A stretch of DNA of 64,000 bases from an uncultured Ruminococcus sp. (lineage in GTDB: Bacteria > Bacillota > Clostridia > Oscillospirales > Acutalibacteraceae): assembly GCF_902785355.1 (NCBI RefSeq), contig NZ_CACZYF010000002.1; one strand, written 5' to 3'. Positions 9,342 to 18,027 of this stretch are shown here, piece after piece; position 1 is the first letter of the stretch, and each line of letters begins with the position of its first letter. A program made the position numbers and the translations under genes. Below the pieces are notes generated by a model. It ran no database searches. It was given only the letters and a program-made list of their open reading frames with translations, and was not told the DNA's origin.

Positions 9342-10349
9342 TCAGGTCAAGCCGAAGATGACCAGCAGCAGGGCGGTCAGACCGCACAGTGCGGTAAACG
9401 CCGAGAATACACAGACGATCTTCATCTCCGACCAGCCGCACATCTCAAAATGATGGTGGATAGGCGACATCTTAAACAGACGTTTACCGTGGGTTAGCTT
9501 GAAGTAGCTGACCTGCAGAACGACGCTGAGTTCTTCGAGGATATAGGTGAGCGCCAGCAGGAGAAGCATCAGCTGCATATCCATCGCGACCGCGAGGGAA
9601 CACACCATTCCGCCCAAAAACAGCGAGCCTGTATCGCCCATGAAGCACTTCGCAGGGTGGAAGTTCCAGATCAAGAAGCCCAGACAACCGCCTGCGGCTG
9701 CCGCGGCATAGATAACGTTTGCCTGATGGCCGCCGAGCACGTTCGCGATCAGCATCATAAACAGGCAGCAGAAGAAGGTGATCGAGCCGTCCAGACCGTC
9801 GATCCCGTCGGTCAGGTTGACGGAGTTGACGATTCCGACCAACGCAACCGCCATGATGATATAGTAGAAAAAGCCCAGATCGACATAACCGACGAAGGGA
9901 ACGATGATACGGGTGTCATCCTTGCAGATATACATCAAAAACAGGTACAGCGCTACGCTGATGAACTGGAGTATCAGTTTCTGCTTCGCGGTCAAGCCGA
10001 GATTGCGCTTCTTGACAACCTTGACATAATCGTCGATAAAGCCGATACCGCCGTTGAGAAGCGCATACAGCAGACCGATAAACACAAAGCGGCTGACGGA
10101 ATCCAGCCCGCCGTGACCGATAGCATACAGCAATACGCCCGCGGTCGTCGCGATCACGATACCGATGATGAACATGATACCGCCCATTGTGGGAGTACCC
10201 TGCTTATCCTTATGCCAGTTGGGACCCTCCTCCAGAATCGTCTGGCCGAACTTCAGCCTGTGGAGAAAGGGGATCAGAAATTTACCTACGACGGCAGATA
10301 TAGCGAAGGACACGATCGCCGCGCCGAACGCCCATAAGCCTGTTTCCAT
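9342..10349 (-). CDS. mraY: Phospho-N-acetylmuramoyl-pentapeptide transferase
   Basis: 335 aa with the motifs GTPTMGG, NLTDGIDGL, FMGDTGSL and SPIHHHFE. Confidence 0.95.
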   Translation of the reverse strand: METGLWAFGAAIVSFAISAVVGKFLIPFLHRLKFGQTILEEGPNWHKDKQGTPTMGGIMFIIGIVIATTAGVLLYAIGHGGLDSVSRFVFIGLLYALLNGGIGFIDDYVKVVKKRNLGLTAKQKLILQFISVALYLFLMYICKDDTRIIVPFVGYVDLGFFYYIIMAVALVGIVNSVNLTDGIDGLDGSITFFCCLFMMLIANVLGGHQANVIYAAAAAGGCLGFLIWNFHPAKCFMGDTGSLFLGGMVCSLAVAMDMQLMLLLLALTYILEELSVVLQVSYFKLTHGKRLFKMSPIHHHFEMCGWSEMKIVCVFSAFTALCGLTALLLVIFGLT

Positions 10350-10450
10350 GGTTACACCTCTTCTATCGTGGTTAATGATCAGCGATCAATTACAACCACA
10401 CTTTTAAGCATTTATTACACTGAGCAAAGCTTTATGCTTTGAGCTTTACG

Positions 10451-12763
10451 CTAATCCGCGATACCGGTACCGGTGAAGGTCACGGTAATAACCGTACCGG
10501 GCGTGACCTCGGTGCCCTCGGGCACGCTCTGAGATACTGCGGAGCTGCCGGATGAAACCATACCGGTCACGCTGACGTTGAGTCCGTAGGTCGCCGCGAT
10601 GTAGTTACAGTCGGATACGCTGTAGCCCGTGAAATTCGGTACCGTAACCTTATCGGTCTCGGCGGAATTATCGGTGTACAGCACAACGGTACCGCCGGAG
10701 GGTACGCCGGTGCCGGCGGGCGGGTTCTGGGATACGATCGTCGTACCCTCGCCCTTGAGCTGGGCGGTGAAGCCGTCGCTTTCAACCGCCTTGAGCGCAT
10801 CCTCGACGCTCATACCTGTATAGGCGCCGACGGAGGCGTCGATGTTGGATGCCTCGTCGTCGGTATATTGGGCGACGACCTCCAGATACGGAAGGACCTC
10901 GCTCATAATGCTGACAAATACAGGCGCCGCGACCGCGGAGCCGTAGTAGTTGCCCGCGGTAGGCGCGTCAAAGAATACCAGCGCAATATACTGAGGATTG
11001 TTAGCGGGTGAGAATCCGCAGAATGACGCGATATAGTCATCCGCGCCGTCTCCGTTGACGTCGATCAGCTTCTCGGACGTACCGGTCTTACCGCCGACGC
11101 GGTAGCCCGCGACATAGCCGTTAGAGCCGGAACCGGTAGTGGCGTTCTCCTCAAGGATACCGCACATTTCCTTAGAGACAGATTCGGAGATAACCTGCCG
11201 CTTGGTCTCGGTGGAAATATTCTTTACGACGTTGCCCTCCGCGTCAAGGATCTGCTTGACAACATGCGGCTGTACGATATAGCCGCCGTTCGCGACCGCG
11301 CTCGCCGCGGTGATCATCTGGATCGGGGTGATCGAGAAGTTCTGACCGAATGAAGCAACCGCCAAGTCGGTATCGAGCATGTTGCCCTCGATGCCGTCAT
11401 GGATGAAGAACTGGTCGTCGGATTCACCGGGAAGGTCAATACCGGTTTTTTCAGAGAAGCCGAACGCCTGATAGTAGTTCCAGAACTTTTCCTTGCCGAC
11501 CAGCTGGCCGATCTGGATGAAGCCGGGGTTACAGGAGTTGAGCAGACATTCCGCGTAGGTCTGTGAGCCGTGACCGGCGGTGTTGTGACAGTGGATGGTA
11601 TCGTCGTACAGCTGGAACGCGCCCGTACAGACGAAGCGGCTGTCCTTATTGACGACGCCCTCCTCGAGCGCCATGGAAAGCGTGACCATCTTAAATACCG
11701 AACCGGGATAGTAGGTGTCGGAGATCGCCTTGTTACGCCAATTACGCGCCAAAGCGGCGCTCTCCGCCTCGTTCTTTGCCTGAGTGATCAGCTTGTCGCG
11801 CTCCTCCTTTGACAAAAGGGAGGGATCCTCGGTATAGTCATGCTCGATCAGATAGTCGTTGTCGATCTTGTCGATCTCTTCCTTCTGATCCTTGTTGATG
11901 GTATAGGGATCGTTGGGATTGAAGCCGTTGACCGTCGCCATGGCGAGCACCTCGCCGTTATTGACGTTCATGATTACGCATACGCCGCGCTCCTTGACGT
12001 CGTTATCGATGACAGCCTGCTTCATATATTTCTCGGTAATGCTCTGGACGGTCTCATCAATGGTGAGTACGAGGGAGTTACCGTCGATGGCGCCGATGTT
12101 CTGGTTATAATCGAAGGGCATCTCGGTCTGGATACCGTTCTGAGCCGACACGATACGGCCGGGCGTTCCGGACAGATCGTCGTTGTACTGGTACTCTACG
12201 CCCGACAAGCCCTGATCCTCGGAGCCGGTGAAGCCGATGACCGAAGACGCGAGATCGTTATACGGATAATAGCGCTTATAGTCATCGAGAAGAGAGAGGA
12301 TACCCGACTTCTGATACTTTTCGGCGAGCTCCTCCTTGAGCTTTAAGATCTGCTCCTTCTCCTCGCTCTCGATCTTACGCTTGACGGAAACATAGTAGGT
12401 GTTCTGCTTCGTTTCCTCAAGAAGCTCCTTTTCATCGAGCTTGAGTATCTCGGAGAGGCGCTTCGCGACAAATGCGCGCTGCTCATCGCCCTCGGGTCCG
12501 TCGTCAAAATAAGCGGGAGCCATAACGACATGCCATACCGAAGCGGACTGCGCCAGGATCTTACCGTTGGTATCGTAGATAGTGCCGCGCTTTGCGGAGA
12601 TCGGCGTGTCAGAAAGCTGCTGTTCGATCGCCCTGCGCTGGAGTTCTTCGCCCTGTACCAACTGCAAGAACGCCAGTCGCGTGATGACCGCGCCGAAGCC
12701 CAGCGCGAGAATGATGACCAAGAGCCAGACGGTTCTTCTTCTGAGCTTTTGATTAGCGCCCAA
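10451..12763 (-). CDS. Class B penicillin-binding protein (PBP2B/SpoVD-like) with two C-terminal PASTA domains
   Basis: 770 aa. N-terminal TM, SxxK (SVFK), SxN (SCN) and KTG (KTGTSE) motifs, plus two PASTA-like repeats at the C-terminus. Confidence 0.9.
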   Translation of the reverse strand: MGANQKLRRRTVWLLVIILALGFGAVITRLAFLQLVQGEELQRRAIEQQLSDTPISAKRGTIYDTNGKILAQSASVWHVVMAPAYFDDGPEGDEQRAFVAKRLSEILKLDEKELLEETKQNTYYVSVKRKIESEEKEQILKLKEELAEKYQKSGILSLLDDYKRYYPYNDLASSVIGFTGSEDQGLSGVEYQYNDDLSGTPGRIVSAQNGIQTEMPFDYNQNIGAIDGNSLVLTIDETVQSITEKYMKQAVIDNDVKERGVCVIMNVNNGEVLAMATVNGFNPNDPYTINKDQKEEIDKIDNDYLIEHDYTEDPSLLSKEERDKLITQAKNEAESAALARNWRNKAISDTYYPGSVFKMVTLSMALEEGVVNKDSRFVCTGAFQLYDDTIHCHNTAGHGSQTYAECLLNSCNPGFIQIGQLVGKEKFWNYYQAFGFSEKTGIDLPGESDDQFFIHDGIEGNMLDTDLAVASFGQNFSITPIQMITAASAVANGGYIVQPHVVKQILDAEGNVVKNISTETKRQVISESVSKEMCGILEENATTGSGSNGYVAGYRVGGKTGTSEKLIDVNGDGADDYIASFCGFSPANNPQYIALVFFDAPTAGNYYGSAVAAPVFVSIMSEVLPYLEVVAQYTDDEASNIDASVGAYTGMSVEDALKAVESDGFTAQLKGEGTTIVSQNPPAGTGVPSGGTVVLYTDNSAETDKVTVPNFTGYSVSDCNYIAATYGLNVSVTGMVSSGSSAVSQSVPEGTEVTPGTVITVTFTGTGIAD

Positions 12764-12865
12764 TGAGCGACACTCCTTTCTTCAGTAATAAACAATCAGC
12801 GGTCGGTTTTATCGGAAATGAGTATAACCTGATTTTATATATCAAAACGTCACGACCCACTGTTC

Positions 12866-12908
12866 ATAAAAAACACGAATAAGAGTTAAGACAAATCTCA
12901 ACTCTTAT
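12866..12908 (-). terminator. Hairpin plus U-tract between ftsL and the PBP gene (weak or partial terminator)
   Basis: On the minus strand: ATAAGAGTT-loop-AACTCTTAT followed by TCGTGTTTTTTA. Confidence 0.4.
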
Positions 12909-12939
12909 CTCAAATCATTGTATGCAGTCAGCGGGTAAG

Positions 12940-13488
12940 CTATGACCACAGTGAAGCGAACGCCTCGGCGATGGACTCGAAAATACTCTTGTCGGAAGTC
13001 ATGGTGACCTCCGCCTTATCTCCCGTTGACAAATTGATAAACTCTTTCTGGGCGTTGGTCGCCTTGGACATATGCAGCTTATTCTGCGCATATTCCTCCA
13101 CCACGGGGGTCGAGATCGAGGAATCGACCTTCATCTCCAGCTGAGTGTACACGCTCTGCTGCTCGGCGAGCTTCGCCTTGGCGTTCACGATCTCCTGGTT
13201 CAGCTCCGTCAGCTGAACCTGACCGTGAATGATAGATACAACGATGAACGCGATCGCGATACCGAAAACAGCGATCAATGAAAGACGTAATACACCGGTA
13301 CGGCGTTTCTTGCTCTTTGAACGTGCCTTTCGTCCGGAACGCTTGAATCGTTCTCTGTCATCATTATTCTCTTTTGAGCTGCCATTCTGCTCGGCAGGCA
13401 GATCCTCGATGACCTCCGCGTCCGAATCGGGATCTCCCTCAAAGAGACTCAGGTCATAGGCGAGGCTGCTGTGTGAGTAATAAGCCAT
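12940..13488 (-). CDS. ftsL: FtsL-like septum formation protein (one TM plus coiled coil)
   Basis: Sits between rsmH and the PBP gene. TM helix LSLIAVFGIAIAFIVVSII is followed by a heptad-rich helix. Start set at MAYYSHSS, after a GAGGTG RBS. Confidence 0.6.
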   Translation of the reverse strand: MAYYSHSSLAYDLSLFEGDPDSDAEVIEDLPAEQNGSSKENNDDRERFKRSGRKARSKSKKRRTGVLRLSLIAVFGIAIAFIVVSIIHGQVQLTELNQEIVNAKAKLAEQQSVYTQLEMKVDSSISTPVVEEYAQNKLHMSKATNAQKEFINLSTGDKAEVTMTSDKSIFESIAEAFASLWS

Positions 13489-13706
13489 ACTGCACCTCAA
13501 ATCTATCTATACCGAAGCGGCGTTCCAAGCATTTTGGTTTCTGTTTTTCAGCCGTGTATTACGCTTCGGAATCATGCGCTGTAATCTTTCTGTAATCAAT
13601 CGGTAACTATTAGCCGCGGAATGCAGGCGGTAAGCACAGGATATAGTGCTAAACAGCGCTTTTTGAACTATTTATAGTAAATTGTAATTATTACAATGTT
13701 GTTATC

Positions 13707-13735
13707 ATTCTACTATATCCGCCCGCATATGTCCA
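13707..13735 (-). promoter_or_regulatory. Candidate internal promoter upstream of ftsL
   Basis: Minus strand reads TGGACA-17 nt-TAGAAT. A perfect 17-bp palindrome follows 9 nt downstream (13681-13697). Confidence 0.3.
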
Positions 13736-13823
13736 TAGTGAAACTGTACAAATATAGGCGGTAATGCAATATAATTTGCCATATCTGCCGAAAATACGTT
13801 TCTTTGATTCTCTCAGAGAATAA

Positions 13824-14747
13824 TTAAAGCTTCTCACAGATACGTAGCTTCGCCGATCTGGCTCTGGGATTGCTTTCAAGCTCCTCCGCCGAGGGTAAGA
13901 TCGGTTTTCGGGTGATGATCTTCACCTGCGGCTTTTTCCCGCAGACGCAGACGGGAAAGTCCTTCGGGCAGGTACAGCCCTGCGCTTTGTCGCGCATAAA
14001 CTGCTTAACAATGCGATCCTCCAGCGAATGGAAGGTAATTACGCTCAGCCTTCCGCCTTTATCGAGCAGCTCAAAGGCGCCCTGTAAGCCGCTCTCGAGC
14101 ACGTCGAGCTCACGGTTGACCGCGATACGGATCGCCTGGAAGGTCTTGCGCGCGGGATGTCCGTCGCGGCGCACCTTCTGAGGTACGTTCTCTTTGACGA
14201 TCTCGGCGAGCTCCAGGGTCGTTTTGATCGGCTTCTCGGCACGACTGCGAACAATGCCCTTTGCGATGGAATAGGCGTACTTTTCTTCACCGTAGAGAGA
14301 AATGATACGGCTCAACTCGCCGACCTCGAGGGTGTTGACTAAATCGGCGGCGCTCATGCCCCTTTGGCTCATACGCATATCCAGCGGAGCGTCCTCATGA
14401 TATGAGAAGCCGCGTGAGCCGTCGTCCAGCTGATGAGAGGATACGCCGATATCCAACAAAACGCCGTTAACATGCAACACGCCGCGGTCGTTCAAAAGCT
14501 GCTTCATATCGCCGAAGTTGCCCTCTACGATATGTGAGCGGGGATCATCCCTGAACCGTTCCGTTACCGCCGCGATGGCGTCGGGATCCTGGTCGATGCT
14601 GTATAGCGAGCCGTTACCGAGCCGCGAGAGGATCTCTGCCGAGTGTCCCCCGCCCCCTGCGGTACCGTCAACGTACACGCCGTCGGGGCGGATATTCAGT
14701 CCGTCGACTGCTTCACGGAGCAGTACCGTCACATGCATAAACTCCAA
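13824..14747 (-). CDS. rsmH: 16S rRNA (cytosine1402-N4)-methyltransferase
   Basis: Contains HVTVLLREAVDGL...DGTAGGGGHS...DIGVSSHQLD. Sits directly after mraZ. Confidence 0.95.
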   Translation of the reverse strand: MEFMHVTVLLREAVDGLNIRPDGVYVDGTAGGGGHSAEILSRLGNGSLYSIDQDPDAIAAVTERFRDDPRSHIVEGNFGDMKQLLNDRGVLHVNGVLLDIGVSSHQLDDGSRGFSYHEDAPLDMRMSQRGMSAADLVNTLEVGELSRIISLYGEEKYAYSIAKGIVRSRAEKPIKTTLELAEIVKENVPQKVRRDGHPARKTFQAIRIAVNRELDVLESGLQGAFELLDKGGRLSVITFHSLEDRIVKQFMRDKAQGCTCPKDFPVCVCGKKPQVKIITRKPILPSAEELESNPRARSAKLRICEKL

Positions 14748-14809
14748 ATGAAGCTGCCTCCTTTGAATTAGGTTGAAATCACACGGTCGCTCTATCGCTC
14801 CAATGAGCT

Positions 14810-15229
14810 TTACAGTCTCAGCAGCTCGAGCGCTTCCGCTACGGAAGCCTGCTTCTGCCGCTCCATGAACGCTGAAAAAGTATCCTTATCCCAGATCTCG
14901 ACTCGGGTATCCATACCGACGACCGTCACCTCGCCGTTGAGCCCCAGATCCTCACGGAGCTTCTGGGGAATACTGATTCTGCCCTGTGCGTTGGGCGAGA
15001 CCGGCTTGGCGGGTGAGATCAGGAGATACTGCAGCGCCAGCGCCTTATCGACGGGCAGCTGCCGAATCTGATCGCGCAGACGGTCGAACTGCGCCACGGA
15101 CATCACCTGCAAACAGCGGTTGAAGCCCATGGTCAGATAGAAGGTTTCGCCGAGCTCCTCGCGGAACTCAGCCGGCAGAATCACTCTGCCCTTGCTGTCA
15201 AGGTTATGGTCGCTGGTACCTAAGAACAT
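14810..15229 (-). CDS. mraZ: Transcriptional regulator MraZ
   Basis: Contains MFLGTSDHNLDSKGRVILP and a second SpoVT/AbrB-like repeat (QGRISIPQKLRE). Start set at the Met preceded by a GGAGG RBS. Confidence 0.9.
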   Translation of the reverse strand: MFLGTSDHNLDSKGRVILPAEFREELGETFYLTMGFNRCLQVMSVAQFDRLRDQIRQLPVDKALALQYLLISPAKPVSPNAQGRISIPQKLREDLGLNGEVTVVGMDTRVEIWDKDTFSAFMERQKQASVAEALELLRL

Positions 15230-15265
15230 TCTGCCGCCTCCTCTGTGCGATCTCGGTTTTATTCT

Positions 15266-15290
15266 GTCACAATATGTCACAGAACGCCAC
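15266..15290 (-). promoter_or_regulatory. Probable MraZ operator: three direct pentamers at exactly 10-bp spacing
   Basis: Minus strand reads GTGGCgttctGTGACatattGTGAC, between the promoter and the mraZ RBS. The plus-strand copies (gtcac/gtcac/gccac) start at 15266, 15276 and 15286. Confidence 0.55.
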
Positions 15291-15300
15291 CGGTACACCC

Positions 15301-15329
15301 ATTATAACCTATATGCATAGAGAAATCAA
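15301..15329 (-). promoter_or_regulatory. Sigma-A-type promoter of the mraZ/dcw operon
   Basis: Minus strand reads TTGATT-17 nt-TATAAT, about 70 nt upstream of the mraZ ATG. Confidence 0.5.
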
Positions 15330-15421
15330 GGGAAAATGTAACATTGATGCCATAATTTTTACAATTTTTTCACCAATCACGCACGATAAATGTAATCAAA
15401 TTGATTCCAACTGTTTTTGGT

Positions 15422-15452
15422 GAAAAAAAGCGGTACAGACGCGCTGTACCGC
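15422..15452 (-). terminator. Rho-independent terminator after the glycosyltransferase gene
   Basis: Minus strand reads GCGGTACAG-cgcgt-CTGTACCGC followed by TTTTTTT. Confidence 0.75.
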
Positions 15453-15459
15453 AGGGTAA

Positions 15460-16653
15460 TCAATCATTTTTATGCTTAAAGCGATATTCCTCGATGATCT
15501 CGGCATACTTATCCTGGACGAGCGGGACGATCTCCTTCCATGTCTTGGCGACATGATGCAGAGCGCCGTCGCTGACCTTTTCGAGCAGTCCGGGCGTACC
15601 GAAGATTCGGAGGATCTCGCGGAACATGGCGACCTTGTTCTCCTTCGCCGTAAAGCCGGAAACGTCCTTCATCACTGCCTCGGCGGCGTTCGAGCCCTCC
15701 GTGAGCAGCGAGGGGACGCCCATAGAAGCTGCCTCGCGCACCACCAGCGGCGAGTTGTCATATACCGACGGGAAGAAGAAGAGATCGGCGCTGAGATACA
15801 GACCGCTGAGTACGTCGCGGTCGGAGATCTTACCGACGAAGTTGACGTGACCGTCGCGGAAGTTCTGATCATCGGCATACTTGCGGATCGCCTGAGCGTC
15901 GTAGCCGTTACCGACGATGAAAAGGCGGTAATCATCGCTGTTTTCATCCAGCAGCTTGAAGGTATCGAGGATCAGCTTGAGGTTCTTATGCCAGATCTGG
16001 TGGCCTACGAACAGCAGGATATGCTTGTCCTCGGGAATCTTGAACGCCTCTGCCGCCTTCTTACGCAAAATGTCGGGATTCTGCGGCATCTCAAAGGTCG
16101 TACCGTTATCCATTACGAAAATATCACCGCGATAGCCGTAGCTGCGCAGTGTGTTCGCCGTCCCTTCCGAGCATGCCCACACGCTGTCGACGCTGTTGTA
16201 GAAGCGGACCACCTTTGCGGCGACGATCTTGGCGAGCGTCTTGGATCCGGTGATGTTGACGGCGTCGTCATAATACTTGGAGTGGAAGGTCGCAACGCTG
16301 GGGATTCCCAGCTTCTTCGCATAAGACGAGGCGAAGGTACCCTCCATGAACGGGCTGTGTGCATGAAAAATATCGATATTCCGGTTACGCAGGAACTGCC
16401 TGACCTTGCCGTCCAGCTTCGGGACCGGGGTCGCGTACTCGGCGATCGGGATCTTCAAGGCGCTGGTGCGGTAGACCTCGTAACTCAGCCCGCTGTCGTC
16501 ATACGGCAGCATGGGACGGGGCGTCACAACGCAGCTGTAGGCGGTTCGGTTCATCAGCTCGGCATAGTTATGTACTGTGGTCACGACGCCGTCAACGATC
16601 GGATAGTAGGCGTCCAGAAACTGTGCGGAGCGGATATCTTTGGGATTCATCAT
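15460..16653 (-). CDS. GT-B fold glycosyltransferase, family 4-like (probable glycolipid synthase)
   Basis: 397 aa with an E-x7-E-type C-terminal motif (FFFPSVYDNSPLVVREAASMG). Paired with a polytopic membrane protein. Confidence 0.8.
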   Translation of the reverse strand: MMNPKDIRSAQFLDAYYPIVDGVVTTVHNYAELMNRTAYSCVVTPRPMLPYDDSGLSYEVYRTSALKIPIAEYATPVPKLDGKVRQFLRNRNIDIFHAHSPFMEGTFASSYAKKLGIPSVATFHSKYYDDAVNITGSKTLAKIVAAKVVRFYNSVDSVWACSEGTANTLRSYGYRGDIFVMDNGTTFEMPQNPDILRKKAAEAFKIPEDKHILLFVGHQIWHKNLKLILDTFKLLDENSDDYRLFIVGNGYDAQAIRKYADDQNFRDGHVNFVGKISDRDVLSGLYLSADLFFFPSVYDNSPLVVREAASMGVPSLLTEGSNAAEAVMKDVSGFTAKENKVAMFREILRIFGTPGLLEKVSDGALHHVAKTWKEIVPLVQDKYAEIIEEYRFKHKND

Positions 16654-16681
16654 AGATCTCCTCCAAAAGAAAAGCGGAGGA

Positions 16682-17887
16682 CTACTCCGCTTGTTCTGTC
16701 GTTTGTTTCAATTGTCTGCGTTTCTCACGCATTTTCGTCACGGCGATATATCCGTAGATCAGCACGCCGATGATGATAAAGGAATAGTAGCACTGTAAGC
16801 GCCAGAGAAGCATCGACCAGAAGGTACCCGCCGTACCCAGAGAGCTGAATACAATATAGAACGAGCCCTCCGCCGCGCCGGCGTTACCGGGAGTCGGGAT
16901 CAGCGAGACAGCAGCCTGAATGAATACGCACATGAACAGCGCCTCAAAGTAACCGAGCTTGCCGTCGAAGGTACGTACCGCAAAGAACGGCATACTGCAC
17001 ATTGCGAGCTGGAAGATCGTAGAGAGGACAAGAAGCTTTACGAGCAGCTTACGATCCTTGGTAATCTTCTTGATATTGACGCTGTAATTATTCAGCGAAC
17101 GCACCGCCTTCATGATCGCGTGGTTCGGACGCTTTACAAGGTGGATCGCTGCGCCCAAACGGACGAAGAACGCCACGATGCGCATCGCGATCTTCGGCGC
17201 GACGCCGGAGATAATGATCATCAAGGGAACCAGGGTATATGCGACAGCGCCGATATACGCGGTGATCTTGATACCGGTCAAACCGGTCGCATTCATTGCA
17301 CTGTTACCGAAGATGAAGGTGAAAACACAGAGGATAACAAAGCCAAACTGCATCGTAAAGAAGCCGCTCAGCGGCATTGCCGAGGCGGCGCCGGAGCTGT
17401 AGCCGTTGGAATGTAAGTAGTAGATCTGGAAGGGCTGACCGCCCGCGCCGGAGGGGGTGATACAGTCGTAGTACTTACCGAGAGCGGCAGTCGAGAACGC
17501 GTGCCGCCACGAGACCTTCTCGCCCAGATGGCGCATCATCAAGATATACTTGAAGGTTTCACAGCCCAACACAATTGCGAGGCAGACAAGTCCTCCCAAG
17601 AGGAAAAGGACATTCGTAAATGAAAAATGAATCGGCGGAAGCTCCTTTCGGGTGAACTCCCTCGCCGCCGTGAAGTAGATGACCAGTGCGTTGATGATGA
17701 CGAAAAGAATGATGCCGATACGCTTGGTCAGCTTATTCGCGCCCTTCGGTTTCTCGAGAGGTTGATCGGGGTCGGGCGTCTCGGACAGTACTTCGCGCAT
17801 GATCTCTTCGTTCTCTGCGGCAGTTTTCGCGCGCTTCTCTGCCCTCGCCTTGGCCTTCTCCGAAGGTGGGTTCGCGGCTTTCTTCAC
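16682..17887 (-). CDS. Polytopic membrane protein, LPG-synthase-TM/UPF0104 (flippase-like) type
   Basis: 401 aa. Lys/Glu-rich N-terminus followed by about 8 TM helices. The family assignment rests on architecture and context only. Confidence 0.5.
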   Translation of the reverse strand: MKKAANPPSEKAKARAEKRAKTAAENEEIMREVLSETPDPDQPLEKPKGANKLTKRIGIILFVIINALVIYFTAAREFTRKELPPIHFSFTNVLFLLGGLVCLAIVLGCETFKYILMMRHLGEKVSWRHAFSTAALGKYYDCITPSGAGGQPFQIYYLHSNGYSSGAASAMPLSGFFTMQFGFVILCVFTFIFGNSAMNATGLTGIKITAYIGAVAYTLVPLMIIISGVAPKIAMRIVAFFVRLGAAIHLVKRPNHAIMKAVRSLNNYSVNIKKITKDRKLLVKLLVLSTIFQLAMCSMPFFAVRTFDGKLGYFEALFMCVFIQAAVSLIPTPGNAGAAEGSFYIVFSSLGTAGTFWSMLLWRLQCYYSFIIIGVLIYGYIAVTKMREKRRQLKQTTEQAE

Positions 17888-17974
17888 ATCATCACTCCCT
17901 TCACGTAGATAACTGCATTATACTATATTATTAAACGTTTTGCAAGAAAAAAATATGCACGACAAATGCGTATG

Positions 17975-18010
17975 CAAAACGAAGAAAGGCTGCCGCAGCA
18001 GCGACAGCCT
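17975..18010 (-). terminator. Terminator after purL
   Basis: Minus strand reads GGCTGTCGC-tgct-GCGGCAGCC followed by TTTCTTCGTTTTG. Confidence 0.6.
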
Positions 18011-18027
18011 CACGATCAGCAAAATGC

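Noticed and set aside
15472-16773. 433-aa plus-strand ORF
   Set aside because: It is antisense to the GT4 glycosyltransferase, which has clear family motifs. It has the same shadow-ORF composition.
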